Of a DNA stretch of 64,000 nucleotides, positions 41,896 to 59,947 are shown piece after piece. Each line of letters starts with the position of its first letter. The first letter of the stretch is position 1. A program made the position numbers and the translations under genes. The stretch lies in the NCBI RefSeq assembly GCF_009914755.1, contig NC_060945.1, one strand, 5' to 3'. The stretch is from the human T2T-CHM13v2.0 reference genome, Homo sapiens. The notes below the pieces were generated by a model. That model saw only the letters and a list, made by a program, of their open reading frames with translations, was not told where the DNA came from and did not search any database.

Positions 41896-42306
41896 CATGC
41901 ATATGATTGAGCAGGATTTATTGTAAGTCAAGACAGCCTCAAATTTCTTAGGACAATACAGCTTCCTTGGCCATTCCCTTGGAGCTCTGAGTTGAGGAGC
42001 TGGTGATGTGTATTTCTTTTGCATGTTCTCCACATTATCCCTATGCAGGACTTCCATGGGCTTGGTTTTGGAACCAGTGATGAGGAAGATCATTAGAATT
42101 GTTGTTCTCAAAAAGCTTCCTCCATTCTTCTGTATAAGCAATGGCAATTTTCCCAGACCAATATTTCTTCTTTTGAAATGGTAAATTTTGAATATTAACT
42201 GGTTAGTATAATCCCATAAAATAACAAAGTTTGAGCCCTATGATCTGTGTTTTAGGCTAAAGTTGAGTTTTATGCTAAATCATCATTTACTCCTTGTATG
42301 ATCTTA

Positions 42307-42483
42307 TTTTTTTTTTTTTTTTTTTGAGACAGAGTCTCACACTGTCACTCAGGCTGGAGTACAGTGGCACAATTTTGGCTTACAGCAAGCTCTGCCTCCC
42401 AGGTGCACACCATCCTTCTGTTTCAGCCTCCTGAGTAGCTGGGGCTACAGGTGCCCGCCACCACACCCGGCTAATTGTTTTTT
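42307..42483 (-). mobile_element. Alu right arm only (5'-truncated)
   Basis: Poly-T plus right monomer ending at the linker. Confidence 0.9.
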
Positions 42484-43404
42484 AAGATTAAGGGTGAAAT
42501 AAAAGCTGCTCCCCTATATTACATTCATAAATCAGAATTATTAAAGCAAGCTATTTATTTATTAGAAACACTCCAAATTTAGCATCTAAGACATGACAGC
42601 CTTTCAAGAGACATCAATTTACTTGTTAGGGTCTATAGCTATATTTGTATTCATGTTATTGGTGTCCATAATATTTCATTAGATGTTCTGGGTAAATTGA
42701 TAAATGAAAATAATGTATGTGATAAGGAGAACAACCTAGGCCTCCTGGAGGGCCCCTTACAACTCAGCTGGTGTTAGCAGAAATGCCTGGGTGTAACAGT
42801 GAGAAACAACCTTTCAAAAGTGTTGAGCAATTTTTCAGGCAGAGGAATATGTATACCAATCCAGGCAGCAAGATAAGTGGAGGTCAGTTAAAAGATCAGG
42901 ATGTGATTTCATTTTTTTTTTTAGGTTTCTACTGAGAGGAAATATAACACTCAGTTATTATTTTCTCCGCATATCTCTGGTTATTTTGTCACAACCTTTT
43001 ATGTAAGCTACTACCAAACACTGGGTTATCCAAGATCTATGGGTCGTATTCAATATTTGCTTTTTCCTCAACTACTAACACATTTGATTCCCTTTGTAAC
43101 TTTCTCCCCTATTTCTCCTTTCAACCTGTTTTCTCCAACCACACTGAGTTAATAAGCCTCCTATATACTCTCATAACCTGTTTTATCTAAAGAGATTTCC
43201 TTTTTCTACTATTATACCCATCTCATTCCCTAATTTATTTATTCTTATTTCTCTCTCTATTTTTTATTCTTTTAGGCACAGCTCATGTCTCATGACTTTC
43301 AAAAAGTTTTTCTTCTGATATTCCCAGCTCGAATTAGGTACATCCCAATCAGTTTCCTTAGACTTACAACTCTGCATATTATTGGCTTGCAATCTGTCTT
43401 AGGC

Positions 43405-43575
43405 TGGGAATTAGCTCCTTGTAGGCAGGGGCTAGAATTTATTTACTCTTATGTCCATAATGCCTGACACAGGAACTATTCTCACATACAAATTGTAGGG
43501 CCATAATTCCTGAGAACATATGTACATTGTAGTGACTCATAAAGGCTTGAAATAAATTTTTAAAATGATTAATTG
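43405..43575 (+). mobile_element. L2 3' end relic
   Basis: agctccttgtaggcagggg...tgcctgacacag pattern. Confidence 0.45.
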
Positions 43576-44094
43576 GGAAGTCTATGAACTTGACATCTTG
43601 ATGTAGAAGAAAAGCAAGGGCAGATGAAGAAGTTATACAGGATACTTGAAATACCAGAAGAATATAATCAGAGAGCAATAAATTAATCCTAGATTTTTAG
43701 ATGTGAAGAAGTTCTGAGAAATATTTGAAGACATGGCTCTAGGGATGAGTACATAACAGAGACCAGTAGCCAGAGTCAGAGCTTTTCAGAGTGACGAAAT
43801 TGCATTGCAGGGGGAAGGACTGTTGTATACTAAATAGAAATTGTCATTAAATGGAGACTAAGCAAGAGGCTGATGATCTGTGGATGACAGAAACAAAAAG
43901 GTGTGGAGATAGAGGTAAATGCCATAATCTACAAAGAAGATATTTTTGTGCCAGAAAGAAATAATAGGTCTAGAACGTAATAAAAGATAAATAGTTAACT
44001 ACATTGTAATATGGTCTGAGAACTCACTGAAGGCATAGCCATTGATATTAACTTCCACTTCACTTCCAGACAAAATATTTTAAATATCTTAAAA

Positions 44095-44341
44095 ATTCCA
44101 TTTGATATTGTATGATTCATCAAGACAGAAAGTAAAGCTGTAGTTGCCCTGGGAGGGCGGGGAATGGGGAGTCACTTTTTAATGGGTACAGGATTTCAAT
44201 TTTACAAGACAAAAAGAATTATGGAGATGGGTGGTGGTGATGCTTGCACAACATTGTGAATACATTTAATGACACTGAATTGTATACTTAACAGTGGTTA
44301 AGATGCAAATTGTTGAGTGTGTTTTGCCACAGTTAAAAAAC
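44095..44341 (+). mobile_element. L1MB-like 3' end fragment
   Basis: gacagaaagta...ggggaatggggagt...aatgggtacagg...ggtggtgatgcttgcacaacattgtgaatac. Confidence 0.85.
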
Positions 44342-44959
44342 GGAAAACAATAGTATTTGAAGATATAGCCCATTTCATCTGGTAGCTAGCTGTATGTGTC
44401 TGCTCAGCTGTGGATAGATATTTATGCTGTTTCTGAACTGGAGGTTACTGGTATTCTCTAAGGTATAGGAAAATTGATCTTATGTGGCTAACTGAGGTGG
44501 ATATAGTTGTATCAGTCAGACAGTAATGATATAATCATGATAGTTTACATTTAACACAACTTACATGTGTTATACTTTAGAAAGCTCTTCATTCATATTA
44601 TTACTTCATACTATTTTCCCCTTACCATTTTTGTCTCTCCTTTCTCTGCTGACTTCAGAAAATGTCTCTTCCACACTACTCAATTCATCTCCTTATTTTT
44701 TCAAAATTTTAAGTCTCAGAGTCTCCAAAAAAATTTCCAGACAAGTCTCATCAGCTTTCGGTCATTGATTAATCGATATCCTTAGAGGCTTTCCCTTCCC
44801 CTTCTCAATTTAACATAGCTTCCAAATACACTTGCCAGTAAAACAAAGTTGTTTATATGGTTTTATATTTCTTCCTGCTGAATTATGAACATTTTTTCAT
44901 ATTGACATTGATTTCCATCTGGCCATGAAATACTCAAGGTGAAGAAAATGAAACAAAAT

Positions 44960-45192
44960 TGTTAATATTTATCAAGAGCCAGGTACTGTTTTCAGTGTCC
45001 TAGAAGTATAAACTAGTGTAATGCTCACCAGCTCATATGAGAGGCAAAAATGGATGAAACTATAAAACCAAGACACAGAGAGTTAAGGGAAATTTCCCAA
45101 GATCACACAGCCACTGAGGATATGAACTAGACTTTGACTTCAGGCTATTTACCCCAGAACCTGTGCTTTCAAACATCATTTGTACTGCTTCC
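44960..45192 (-). mobile_element. MIR SINE
   Basis: Core-like gacacagagagttaaggg...cccaagatcacacagcca. Confidence 0.7.
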
Positions 45193-45259
45193 CTAAATTA
45201 CACTTGAGTACACTGTGACATCAAATTTCACCTATGACACCAAATTTCACCTATGACAC

Positions 45260-45412
45260 TGATTATCTGGGGAACTTTGCAACTTATTCTGAATGTGATT
45301 CAGTTTTCTTTTCTGTACAGAGATAAAGTCAGTATATACTCCATAGATTCGTTATAAGGATTATATGAAATGACACATGAGAAGGCTTTAAAAGGACTTG
45401 GAAAGCAATAAG
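45260..45412 (+). mobile_element. MIR SINE fragment
   Basis: tcagttttcttttctgtaca...catagattcgttataaggattatatgaaatga. Confidence 0.55.
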
Positions 45413-48254
45413 CTTTTTTGTTTTCAATCATGTTTCAATAGGTTATCAGTGTTGTGAATGGTTCATGAAAAATGACTTTGGGCTCAGTGAGTAACTGAAA
45501 TGTTGTTGCTTAATAGTGTGTTTAATATTAATATAATAGTAACAAATGTTGTTATTGTTGAGTAATAGCTATTTGGCTTTTCACTGCTTTTCTTTTCTAG
45601 TGTTTTAGTCAGAGACTTCTTAAGTCTCCTCAAGTGTGTACACATTTCTTAAATTTGTTGGGAAGTACCAAATTTAAGATATCTTGCATTTTTTTCTTCC
45701 TTAGTAAACACTAAATTCCATCACGCAGCAGAAAAAGGGCTCTGTTATTGTCGGTACAATGGTTTAATATTCACTTTTATTCCCTGTATCGTAGTTCTGA
45801 TTTAATTGCTATTTAGAATAAAACTTGTTCCTTATTATATGCATTCATAATTATAAAATTTGTGTTTTAATGCCTTCTACACATATACTGTGCTTTTCTT
45901 TATTTCCTTATATCTTTTACTGTTTCATGATCCTGGTATTTGAAATCTCATTAAGTGTTGTTTGGGGATTTGCTGGGAATGTCATCTACATAATAATGTC
46001 TCAAGTTTGTAGCATCTTTAAAACATAATAGGAGATGGAATTCACAGCAGAGTAATAACCCTCCCACTTTAGGCAATGTATTTGTGATTGGTATGACTTT
46101 GTTCCCAGAGAGCAGTTAGCAACACAATATTAAGGCTATGTGTACAAGGAAAACAAATTTTAAAAATATCCTTTAAAAAAAACAGTTCCCGATCCTAACC
46201 AGTATCATGCACAGAATCCGTTTCCACCTCTTCATATGGAAGCAGCTCTGGGTGGACATCTAGAAAGTTGGATAACTATTTATCACATATGTTCTGTAAA
46301 GGGAGAGATTTACAAGAAAGTGTTAAATTTAATCCATAGGAAAGCAAAATCAAAAATCAATGAATTTTCCATTTGTAGTTTTCCCTAGGGGCTCCACTCT
46401 CAAGATGGCTTAAATGTGTTATAATTAAATGACTAGGCACAATTGTTTGTTAGTGACATAAAAGCAAGGTAAGCATTTCTGCTTTATGAGTCCAAGCACA
46501 GGGACACTTGGTTTTCTTTGGAAGGATATCATAAAGGCAATGTTTATGAGTAATACCTCATTGTCTTTCCTTTTGTGGCATTCAATGTTATGTACTATAA
46601 TTTAGAAATGAAAACTACTTAAAGACCACTTGCTAAGTTTCATGTATTTCAAATTCTCAGATCCTGAGTGTTTAAATATGCCTATATTTCTTCATGAAAA
46701 AAACGTAATCTTTGCCAAGTTAGAAAAAGAAAAAGTCATATTCCCATTTTTAACTAAATGTAATCAGAAATTTGGACAGTTTTTAGCCTTCAATACATTA
46801 TGTAATTTGGGTAACAGGCTGAATAAAAGTAAGGAACTTCAGTTAAATTCAGAGAGAAGCTAATAATTATTTCTAAGACTCAAATGTATAGAACAGATCT
46901 CTGATATTAAGGGTAAGACCCTCAAAGGTGAGCCAAAATGGGTAATTGTGGGATTATTTTGGGAGTAATCATCATAGATTCTTACTGCTATAAATACAGT
47001 CAAATGTCAGATAAATATACTCCACTGAAATGTTTTCTAGGAATGATGTTGGAACCAATGTTGGTAATTTTGAAAGTCATGGAGAGGATTTCAGATGATA
47101 GAAGTCAGGCAACTATCCCAGGTTTAATAAATAAGCAAATGGTGAGTTCCAAAAATGCTGTATCAATGAGCCTCATATTGATCCTGAGCACAATTTCAGG
47201 AAGGTCCATTAAATGGGTCTTTGGAGAGCACTTAGGATAAAAGGCTGGCAGCAGGGATTCACTAAGAGCAATGGTGCCAAGCTTGCCTCTTTGACATTGT
47301 TATGTGACTGATAAAGGTAGGCTATAGTGGTACACAATACAGATATTTCCAGGGTAAAGCTGTTGAGCTGCTGTAATTTTCCTTACCTCTTCACTATCTT
47401 CTCCTATAGTTGACTCCCAAGGAAAAGATAGTTGACTTTTAATGTAGAAATGTACGTTAACTGGCAAAAACAAACAAATGAAACCATAAACTATCCTTTA
47501 GGCTTCTCTCTGCTCAGTTATTAGATCATATGAATGTGCCCTTAGGAAACACAGAAGGTCCACACTATTATAGGGACAAATTTCTTACATTCTCTGCTGT
47601 TTAATGCTCTTCAAAAGACTTACCATACTGCACTAATTTGATTATCAACTACTTGAACACAGGGACCAATGTGCTTATTAAAAATTTTGCATATTATGAG
47701 GGCATTAACTTTTAAGTATTCGATTGTTAAGACAATGCATATTATTATAAACCATAGAAGGCACACTTATTACCTCCTTAAGAACCAGTCTCTATTTCTC
47801 TGTTTCCTAGATCTCCAAGGTCATAGAGGGATTGGATATTTGTGTCTTCAATTGGCCCTCTTCAACCCTAGGATAAATAGTGATTAATCTAAGCCAATGG
47901 TTTTCGGCTCTGTCTGACCCAATGCCTCTACTTCATAAGAAATTCTTCAAAGACCCCTTCACTATTCTAAACTATTAGTGAGAACACAATGTATGCATTC
48001 AACTTGTTGAAAATATTAATGTTATGCTGAAGCTAACAAAGGAGAAATAATTTACTGTCAATATATGATCCAAAATGTATATAATTGTGCCAGAACATTT
48101 ACATCTCAAATACAATAGAACATAATGAAATTTTCATATCTTCGCCCATACCTTGAAACATTTTAAATAAAAAGCTACAAATATAGTTTCATTGAATAAC
48201 CAAATGCCAAAACTGCCATTTCTATTGTTGACATGATTGATCTGCATTGGTAAA

Positions 48255-48690
48255 TGTAATAGATACTTTCTGTTTGGCCCTTGTCCCCTGTTATACTCCC
48301 CTATTTACTGGCTTTTGTCCAAGTGGAATGGACCATATTGAATATCTCAATCGGTTCCCTTGCTCATTGCCTTCTATGCATGTTCATGAGATTAAAGGGA
48401 AGGAGGAAATGGGATTGGGGGTTATTGCCTAAACTCCCTCTCTGCTAGGTCTCCTTGACCAATCTTTTTCATAAGAAAATTAGTGTTTCCTTGTGTGATC
48501 AGGGCAGTTTACTCCCCAGAACTCTGCCTGCTGCTACTAACCCAGAGTTATTGTGGGGTGTGATTTCTGTGATTCCTTCACCCTTCTCCCCTGAAATTTT
48601 CGTAAGTAGTCTCTTTGGAAATAAACCCATGTTAAATTATCTTAGTTTGTGTGTGTTCTATTTTTCCTATTGAGACTCTGAAATGAGTAT
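48255..48690 (+). mobile_element. Old ERVL LTR (LTR33-like)
   Basis: ggttcccttgctc...gagattaaagggaaggagg...ctccctctctgctagg; AATAAA near the end. Confidence 0.45.
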
Positions 48691-48999
48691 CTAAATGAAA
48701 AAATCTACCGTCTTTTCTCATATACATAGTAGTTTCATTCTTGCAAAATTCATGGCATATTAAAACCATGCAAAAGTACTTGGCACTTAGGCAGTTACAT
48801 TTGGGATTGTATAATTAAACAAAGCAGGTTATTCACCTTCATTACATTAGAAAGTCATTCAGGACATACAGCAATCCTTAATTAGGAGCGGCTATCCCAT
48901 GTTACTGGACATATGGCATCCCTGTTTTCCAATCCTTAAAGTTTTTCCTTAACGTTCCAAAATGCCGTCACTTATTATTTCCTGCCATTGGATTTTGTC

Positions 49000-49190
49000 A
49001 CATGAAGTTGTAAGGCTGGGAATGCCGTAGCCATCTTGAAAACATAGGTAGAAAGATAAGAGAATCATAAAGAAGTGGATCATGTTGAATTAACTAAGCA
49101 TTGATACCATCTATTTGTTGTCCGATTTGGTAAAAGTTGCTCCTTGTTTTTTTCTTCAATTAGTTGACTATTCTGTTACTTGAAGCTAAA
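49000..49190 (+). mobile_element. MLT1-like MaLR LTR 3' fragment
   Basis: gtagccatcttg...ttctgttacttgaagctaaaa. Confidence 0.45.
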
Positions 49191-49193
49191 AAG

Positions 49194-49512
<319 letters not shown>

Positions 49513-49616
49513 CAAAAACATTTTAACCAATAACAAAGCACATTATTTCATTGCATTTTTTCAAAAGTTGCCAGTAATTTCAATTAAAAATATTATATAA
49601 CATGTTTAATGCAATA

Positions 49617-49954
49617 CAAATGCTTTTCAATGTACAATGGGGTTAAGTCTTGATAAGCTGATTATAAATTGAAATACATTATTAAATGTATTTAATACCT
49701 AACTTACTGAATATCACAGCTTAGCCTGGCATACCTTTAATGTGCTCAGAACACTTACATCAGCAGACAATTGGGCAAAATCGTTGAATACAAAACCCAC
49801 TTTATAATAAAGTATTGGATATTTTATGTAATTTGTTGAATATTGTACTGAAAGTGAAAAGCAGAATGGTTATATTCTATTCAAAGCTATCACTTTTGCT
49901 TCATCATAAAGTAAAAAAAAATCATAAATTGAACCATTATAAGTTGACCATCTG
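49617..49954. mobile_element. MER47A-like (Tigger family) non-autonomous DNA transposon
   Basis: CA(A/G)ATG.../...CCATCTG ends; internal cagcttagcct...gtgctcagaacacttacat. Confidence 0.8.
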
Positions 49955-50078
49955 TGTATATGTATGTGTGTGTGTACCTATATAAACATGTATGTTTATA
50001 TATATATTTGTGTGTGTATATATCCTCGGTGTGTGTGTATGTGTGTTTGAGAGAGAGTGTGTGTGTGTGTGTGTGTAT
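49955..50078. repeat. Compound (TG)/(TA)/(GA) microsatellite
   Basis: Read directly from the sequence. Confidence 0.9.
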
Positions 50079-51436
50079 GACATTGTAGGAAAGTAAAATT
50101 TCTTATCTTACAGATATAGCATGTTAACATGTTGGTACCTATCCTCCTGAGATGTAAAATTTTACATGGATAGATGTGTACATTTACAGTTGTACACAAA
50201 GAGAAACATATTCTGTAGGCTCTTTGTTTTTCTGCAGTTTCATTCAACACTATCTGGTTTATATGGATGATGACATATATAATGCTAGGATGAAGGTTCT
50301 TCTCTATAACTTTGAAACTTCCTTGATTATCAACCCTTGGTATATTCTTAGAATAGGATTTTATTTTAGAATTAAGATCCTTGTTTCAGGACTCTAGACT
50401 GTTAACACACAGAGCCAATAATTATTCAGAATGGTTGGGTTAGTTCACATTCCCACAGATGAGACATCAAATGTCCAGGCTGCACAGCCTCATTAACACT
50501 AGATTTTCTGGACATTTTATATAGTATTTCATCTTATATAAAAAGTAGAATTCTAAATTAATTATGGTTGTTAATTTATTTTTATCTTTTTAGTCATTAT
50601 GAAAATGTTTAACTATATGAAAAGCTAGGAAAGAGTTTTATTTTTTAAGGTAGTACTTCAGAAATATTTGCGATACTTAATTTTTAAAAATTAACTCTAA
50701 AAAATGTTGAAATGTCTGTTTAATGAAATAGGACATAAATACTGGTCACATTAGTGAAAAATATTTGTTTAAAATTAAAATATCTGTATCAATCCTGTAG
50801 ATATTAATAATTTTTAAAGAATGACATCTTCAAAATATAAATGTTCTAAACTTATAATCAGTTAAATATGTCTCAATACATATAGATACATATATCTAAA
50901 TAAATTTGAAGACTTCAAATTCCAGGTACAATATAATTCTTTTCTATCCTGTGATTTGTCATTCAGTATTTTGTAATTTGCACAGAAATATTTTGCCCTA
51001 ACCACATGTCTGTATTTTCTCTTACCTAGAAATGTTATTTTATGCAAAATTGTTTTAAAGGTCAGTTTGCATGTTTGAAAGCATCTTGTAGAATGTTACA
51101 TAATATATTGCATATTTGGTTACATTGTTTTAACTGTGTAAATATGGTTTAAATCTATGATGCTCTTTAGTGCTGATCATGATGCAAAGCAAATTTATCT
51201 GTATAAAAGTCTCCTGTTAATTTTTTTTATTATTATATTTTAAGTTTTAGGGTACATGTGCACAACGTGCAGGTTTGTTAGATATGTATACATGGGCCAT
51301 GTTGGTGTGCTGCACCCATTAACTCGTCACTTAATATTAGGGATATCTCCTAATGCTATCCTTCCCCCCTCCCCCCACCCCACAACTGTTCCCAGTGTGT
51401 GATGTTCCCCTTCCTGCATCCATGTTTTCTCATTGT

Positions 51437-55261
<3,825 letters not shown>

Positions 55262-55324
55262 TATGATGTTAGCTGGTTATTTTGCTTGTTAGTTGATGCA
55301 GTTTCTTCCTAGCCTTGATGGTCT

Positions 55325-56340
55325 TTACAATTTGGCATGTTTTTGCAGTGGCTGGTACCAGTTGTTCCTTTCCATGTTTAGTGCTTCCTTCAGGAGCTCT
55401 TTTAGGGCAGGCCTGGTGGTGACAAAATTTCTCAGCATTTGCTTGTCTGTGGAGTATATTATTTCTCCTTCACTTATGAAGCTTAGTTTGGCTGGATATG
55501 AAATTCTGGGTTGAAAATTCTTTTCTTTAAGAATGTTGAATATTGGCCCCTACTCTCTTCTGGCTTGTAGAGTTTCTGAGGAGAGATCAGCAGTTAGTCT
55601 GATGGGCTTCCTTTTGTGGGTAACCTGACCTTTTTCTCTGGCTGCCTTTAAAATTTTTTCATTCATTTCAACTTTGGTGAATTTGACAATTATGTGTCTT
55701 GGAGTTGCTTTTCTCGAGGAGTATCTTTGTGGCATTCTCTGTATTTCCTGAATTTGTATGTTGGCCTGCCTTACTAGATTGGGGAAGTTCTCCTGGATAA
55801 TATCCTGCAGAGTGTTTTCCAACTTGGTTCCATTCTCCCCATCACTTTCAGGTACACCAATTAGACATACATTTGGTCTTTTCACATAGTCCCATATTTT
55901 CTTGGAGGCTTTGTTCATTTCTTCTATTCCTTTTTCTCTAAACTTCTCTTCATGCTTTATTTCATTCATTTCGTTTTCCATCGCTGATACTCTTTCTTCC
56001 AGTTGATCACATCAGTTACTGAGGCTTATGCATTTGTCATGTAGTTCTTGTGCCATGGTTTTCAGCTCCATCAGGTCCTTTAAGGACTTCTCTGCATTTG
56101 TTATTCTAGTTATCCATTCGTCTAATTTTTTTTTCAAATTTTTAACTTCTTTGCCATTTGTTTGAACTTCCTCCTTTAGCTCGGAGTACTTTGATCTTCT
56201 GAAGCCTTCCTCTCTCAACTCGTCAAAGTCATACTCCGTCCAGCTTTGTTCCATTGCTGGTGAGGAGCTGCATTCCTTTGCAGGAGGAGAGGCACTCTGA
56301 TTTTTAGAGTTTCCAGTTTTTCTGCTCTGTTTTTTTCCAT
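55325..56340 (-). pseudogene. L1 ORF1, fragmented
   Basis: ATG at 56340; coiled-coil and RRM fragments in different frames. Confidence 0.9.
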
Positions 56341-56915
56341 CTTTGTGGTTTTATCTTCCTTTGGTCCTTGATGATGGTGACATACAGATGGGGTTTTGGT
56401 GTGGATGTCCTTTCTGTTTGTTAGTTTTCCTTCTAACAGTCAGGACCCTCAGCTGCAGTTCTGTTGGAGTTTACTGGAGGTCTACTCCAGACACTATTTG
56501 CCTGGGTATTAGCAGCGGTGGCTGCAGAACAGTGGATATTGGTGAACTGCAAATGCTGCTGCCTGATCGTTCCTCTGGAAGTTTTGACTCAGAGGGGTAC
56601 CCGGCCATGTGAGATGTCAGTCTGCCACTACAGGGGGGTGCCTCCCAGTTAGGCTACTCAGGGGTCAGGAACTCACTTGAGGAGGCTGTCTGCCTGTTCT
56701 CAGATCTCAAGCTACATGCTGGGAGAACCACTACTCTCTTCAAAGCTGTCAGACAGGGACATTTAAGTCTGCAGAGGTTATTGCAGTCTTTTGTTTGTCT
56801 GTGCCCTACCCCCAGAGGTGGAGCCTACAGAGGCAGGCTGGCCTCCTTGAGCTGTGTTAGGCTCCACCCAGTTCGAACTTCCTGGCTGCTTTGTTTACTT
56901 ACTCAAGCCTGAGCA

Positions 56916-57132
56916 ATGGCGGGCGCCCCTCCCCCAGCCCCACTGTAACCTTGCAGTTTGATCTCAGACTGCTGTGCTAGCAAACAGTGAGGCTCCGTGG
57001 GTGTAGGATCCTCCAAGCCATGTGCTGGATACAATCTCCTGGTGTGCCATTTGATAAGCCTGTTGGAAAAGCACAGTATTAGGGTGGGAGTGACCTGATT
57101 TTCCAGGTGCCATCTGTCACCCCTTTCTTTGA
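56916..57132 (+). pseudogene. L1 antisense ORF0 remnant with a stop at codon 11
   Basis: ATGGCGGGCGCCCCTCCCCCAGCCCCACTGTAA = MAGAPPPAPL*; ORF0-type end cccctttctttga. Confidence 0.8.
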
Positions 57133-58709
57133 CTAGGAAAGGGAATTCCCTGACCCATTGTGCTTCCCAGGTGAGGTGATGCCTTGCCCTGCTTTGGCTC
57201 ATGCATGGTGTGCTGCACCCACTGTCCAGCACTCCCCATTGAGATGAACCTGGTACCTCAGTTGGAAATGCAGATATCACCTGTCTTCTGCATCACTGAC
57301 GCTGGGAGGTGTAGACTGGAGCTGTTCCTATTCGGCCATGTTGCCTCCATCCACTAATTTTTAACTTTCAAATGATTAGATACATTTACCCTCTTCTGAA
57401 TTTTAATTCCTGATGAAAAGATTCTGAAATCTCAAGAGGATAATGAATCAGCTTCTGATTACATTCTGGAATTACGATTTGATCACCCATCCAAGAATGC
57501 ATATTCACTTTCCTTTACATTACACACATGCATAATACCATGCTGAGTGATGCTGGAAAAAGTGAGTCTTCAGTAATGCCCTCATGAAATTACAGTCTCA
57601 CTACACCGAGGTATTTTCTTTTTAACCCATTTTTCTTTTCTGCTGTGAATATGTGCCTTCTAAGAGGTGAAAAACTGGGAAAAACTGAAAAAGAACCTTC
57701 ATCTAATTCAGTAACTAGCTTTTGTATCTTCTAAGAATTTTTATCTCCAGAAAGCTCTAATCTTCATTCCTTTAAAGCTTTATTTCTCTCTCCTTTCCAA
57801 CACCAGATTTTTCTCTGTTTGTTTTCTATACCCTTTTTAGAGATGCCTACAATAGAAAAAAAACTATGACATATTCAATACATCTGAAAAGTTTGCATTG
57901 CCATAGATAAGAATGAATTGTCTGTTTATAAAGAAAAAAAATAAAAATATGAACCAAGAAAGCACAGAAGGTAGTAACCACATTTAGATGTTTATCATGG
58001 AATCATCTTTATAATCCATCTGTTACAATTCCACAGAGCAAATTAGAAGTAATTGTGAAGTTTCCCCTCATTTTATAGGTTTGGTCTTATAAGGCATACA
58101 ACACAAATTTTAATTACTTTTCTTTTTGGTATTTGGATCTTAATTTGGTCAAGTGGCCACTGGGTAGATGATGGAGCCTCTTGAGACATACAGTCTTCTA
58201 GCTTTGTTGATGTAAATATTACTGTGTAGTTTTCATTCACTTATTATTTTACAAGGCATGCTTCATTAAAAATATGTCAGCATCTCATTGACAAATCACA
58301 AAATTTAAAAGGCACAAGAAAAAAACAATTTATTTGAAACATTCCTGTGTAAAAGTAGTCACCACTCTTACTATTCCTCAAATATTTTTATTATATTTAA
58401 ACACAAGCCTAGTTTTATCTCGAGTGTCTGACCTTGATGATATTGTACACTTTAAACTTAGAAAAAATTGAACTCTATTGGAAATTTCCTACAGATCAGC
58501 TTTTCTAGATGCCAAGCGCCTTGTTTCAGCTGCGGTGATGACAACAAATTGGGTTCTCAGGGTTTCTGGCCTCTGGCATCATCTCAGTTGTTTATAATTG
58601 AAGTTGGCTCTGATGAGAACTCAGCTTAGATGCATGGTTGTACTGCTGGGCTTAAGGCTGGCCTGCCAGGAGGTTGCATTGAGGTGTAACTAGGCAAAGA
58701 AAGAAGGAG

Positions 58710-59158
58710 TTTATTGAGGCACTACTGACAATAGCAAAGACTTGGAACCAACCCAAATTTCCAACAATGATAGACTGGATTAAGAAAATGTGGCACATAT
58801 ACACCATGGAATACTATGCAGCCATAAAAATGATGAGTTCATGTCCTTTGTAGGGACAAGGATGAAGCTGGAAACCATCATTCTCAGCAAACTATCACAA
58901 GGACAAAAAAACAAACACCACATGTTCTCACTCATAGGTGGGAATTAAACAATGAGTACACATGGACACAGGAAGGGGAACATCACACACTGGGGCCTGT
59001 TGTGGGGTGACGGGCTAGGGAAGGAAAAGCATTAGGGGATATACCTAATGTAAATGACGAGTTAATGGGTGCAGCACACCAACATGTCACATGTATACAT
59101 AGGTAATGAACCTGCACTTTGTGCACATGTACCCTAGAACTTAAAGTATAATAAAAAA
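58710..59158 (+). mobile_element. 5'-truncated L1PA (PA5-like) 3' end
   Basis: ORF2 C-terminus, 3'UTR and poly(A); TSD AAAGAAGGAG. Confidence 0.93.
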
Positions 59159-59827
59159 AAAGAAGGAGGTTGGGCAAAATTACCAACAATCTTCAACTAT
59201 GAATTTTTATGAGTAGGGGCTTCCCACACCATCAGGCACTCCAAGTTGGAGAAACAAGGGATGTTATATTGAAAGTTTAATTTTTTAGGCTTGATAGTCA
59301 GATTAGGGAAGTTTTGGGTATACCTTTCCCACTCTAGAGCCCTCTCCCTAACTCATGGCCAATTTGGGACATGGGCTCAATGGAAAAGAGTGCCGAGATC
59401 AATTAGAAATATCCTTCATGAACATAGGAGGCAGGCATTCTGGCCAAGGGGTGCGTCTTCCCACTTTGTAATCCAGAGTGCGATTTCTTCTTGCTATCTG
59501 TCCCTCTGTAAATAAGCATTGGGTGAAGGACAAGCTAGTTACAACTGAGGATGGAATGAGATTCTAGCAGAATTGCAAAATGAACTGAGAGCCACGAAAG
59601 TGTTCCTCTGTGAACCAGCAGAGAGATCTGTGGAAGGCAAAGGAAGAGGAGCCAAGAGGCCAGATAACATTCCTGCTTCCCCTACATTGTGAAAGTGAAA
59701 TTATCAGCAACGTATATCAGTAACTAACCAGAGGCTTTTTGGAGAGTAAGACTTCTGATAGATACCTCAATAGCTGAAGTTGCTCTTCAGTACTGCACAT
59801 AACCTGTGGACAGATTTTCATCATTAT

Positions 59828-59947
59828 TAATTCATTTATTCAACAGATAGATATTAAATTCAAGGCATAGTTCTAAACTATGCAGTCAATTACAAAAAAA
59901 TAATGAAGGGCATTAGCTGTGCCTCATAGGACGTTAAAACTCTAGGT
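59828..59947 (-). mobile_element. L2 3' end relic
   Basis: attcatttattcaacagatagatatt...tgcctcatagga pattern. Confidence 0.5.

Noticed and set aside
46938-47240. 100-aa ORF in unique AT-rich DNA
   Set aside because: No recognisable motif or splice context; the length is within chance expectation.
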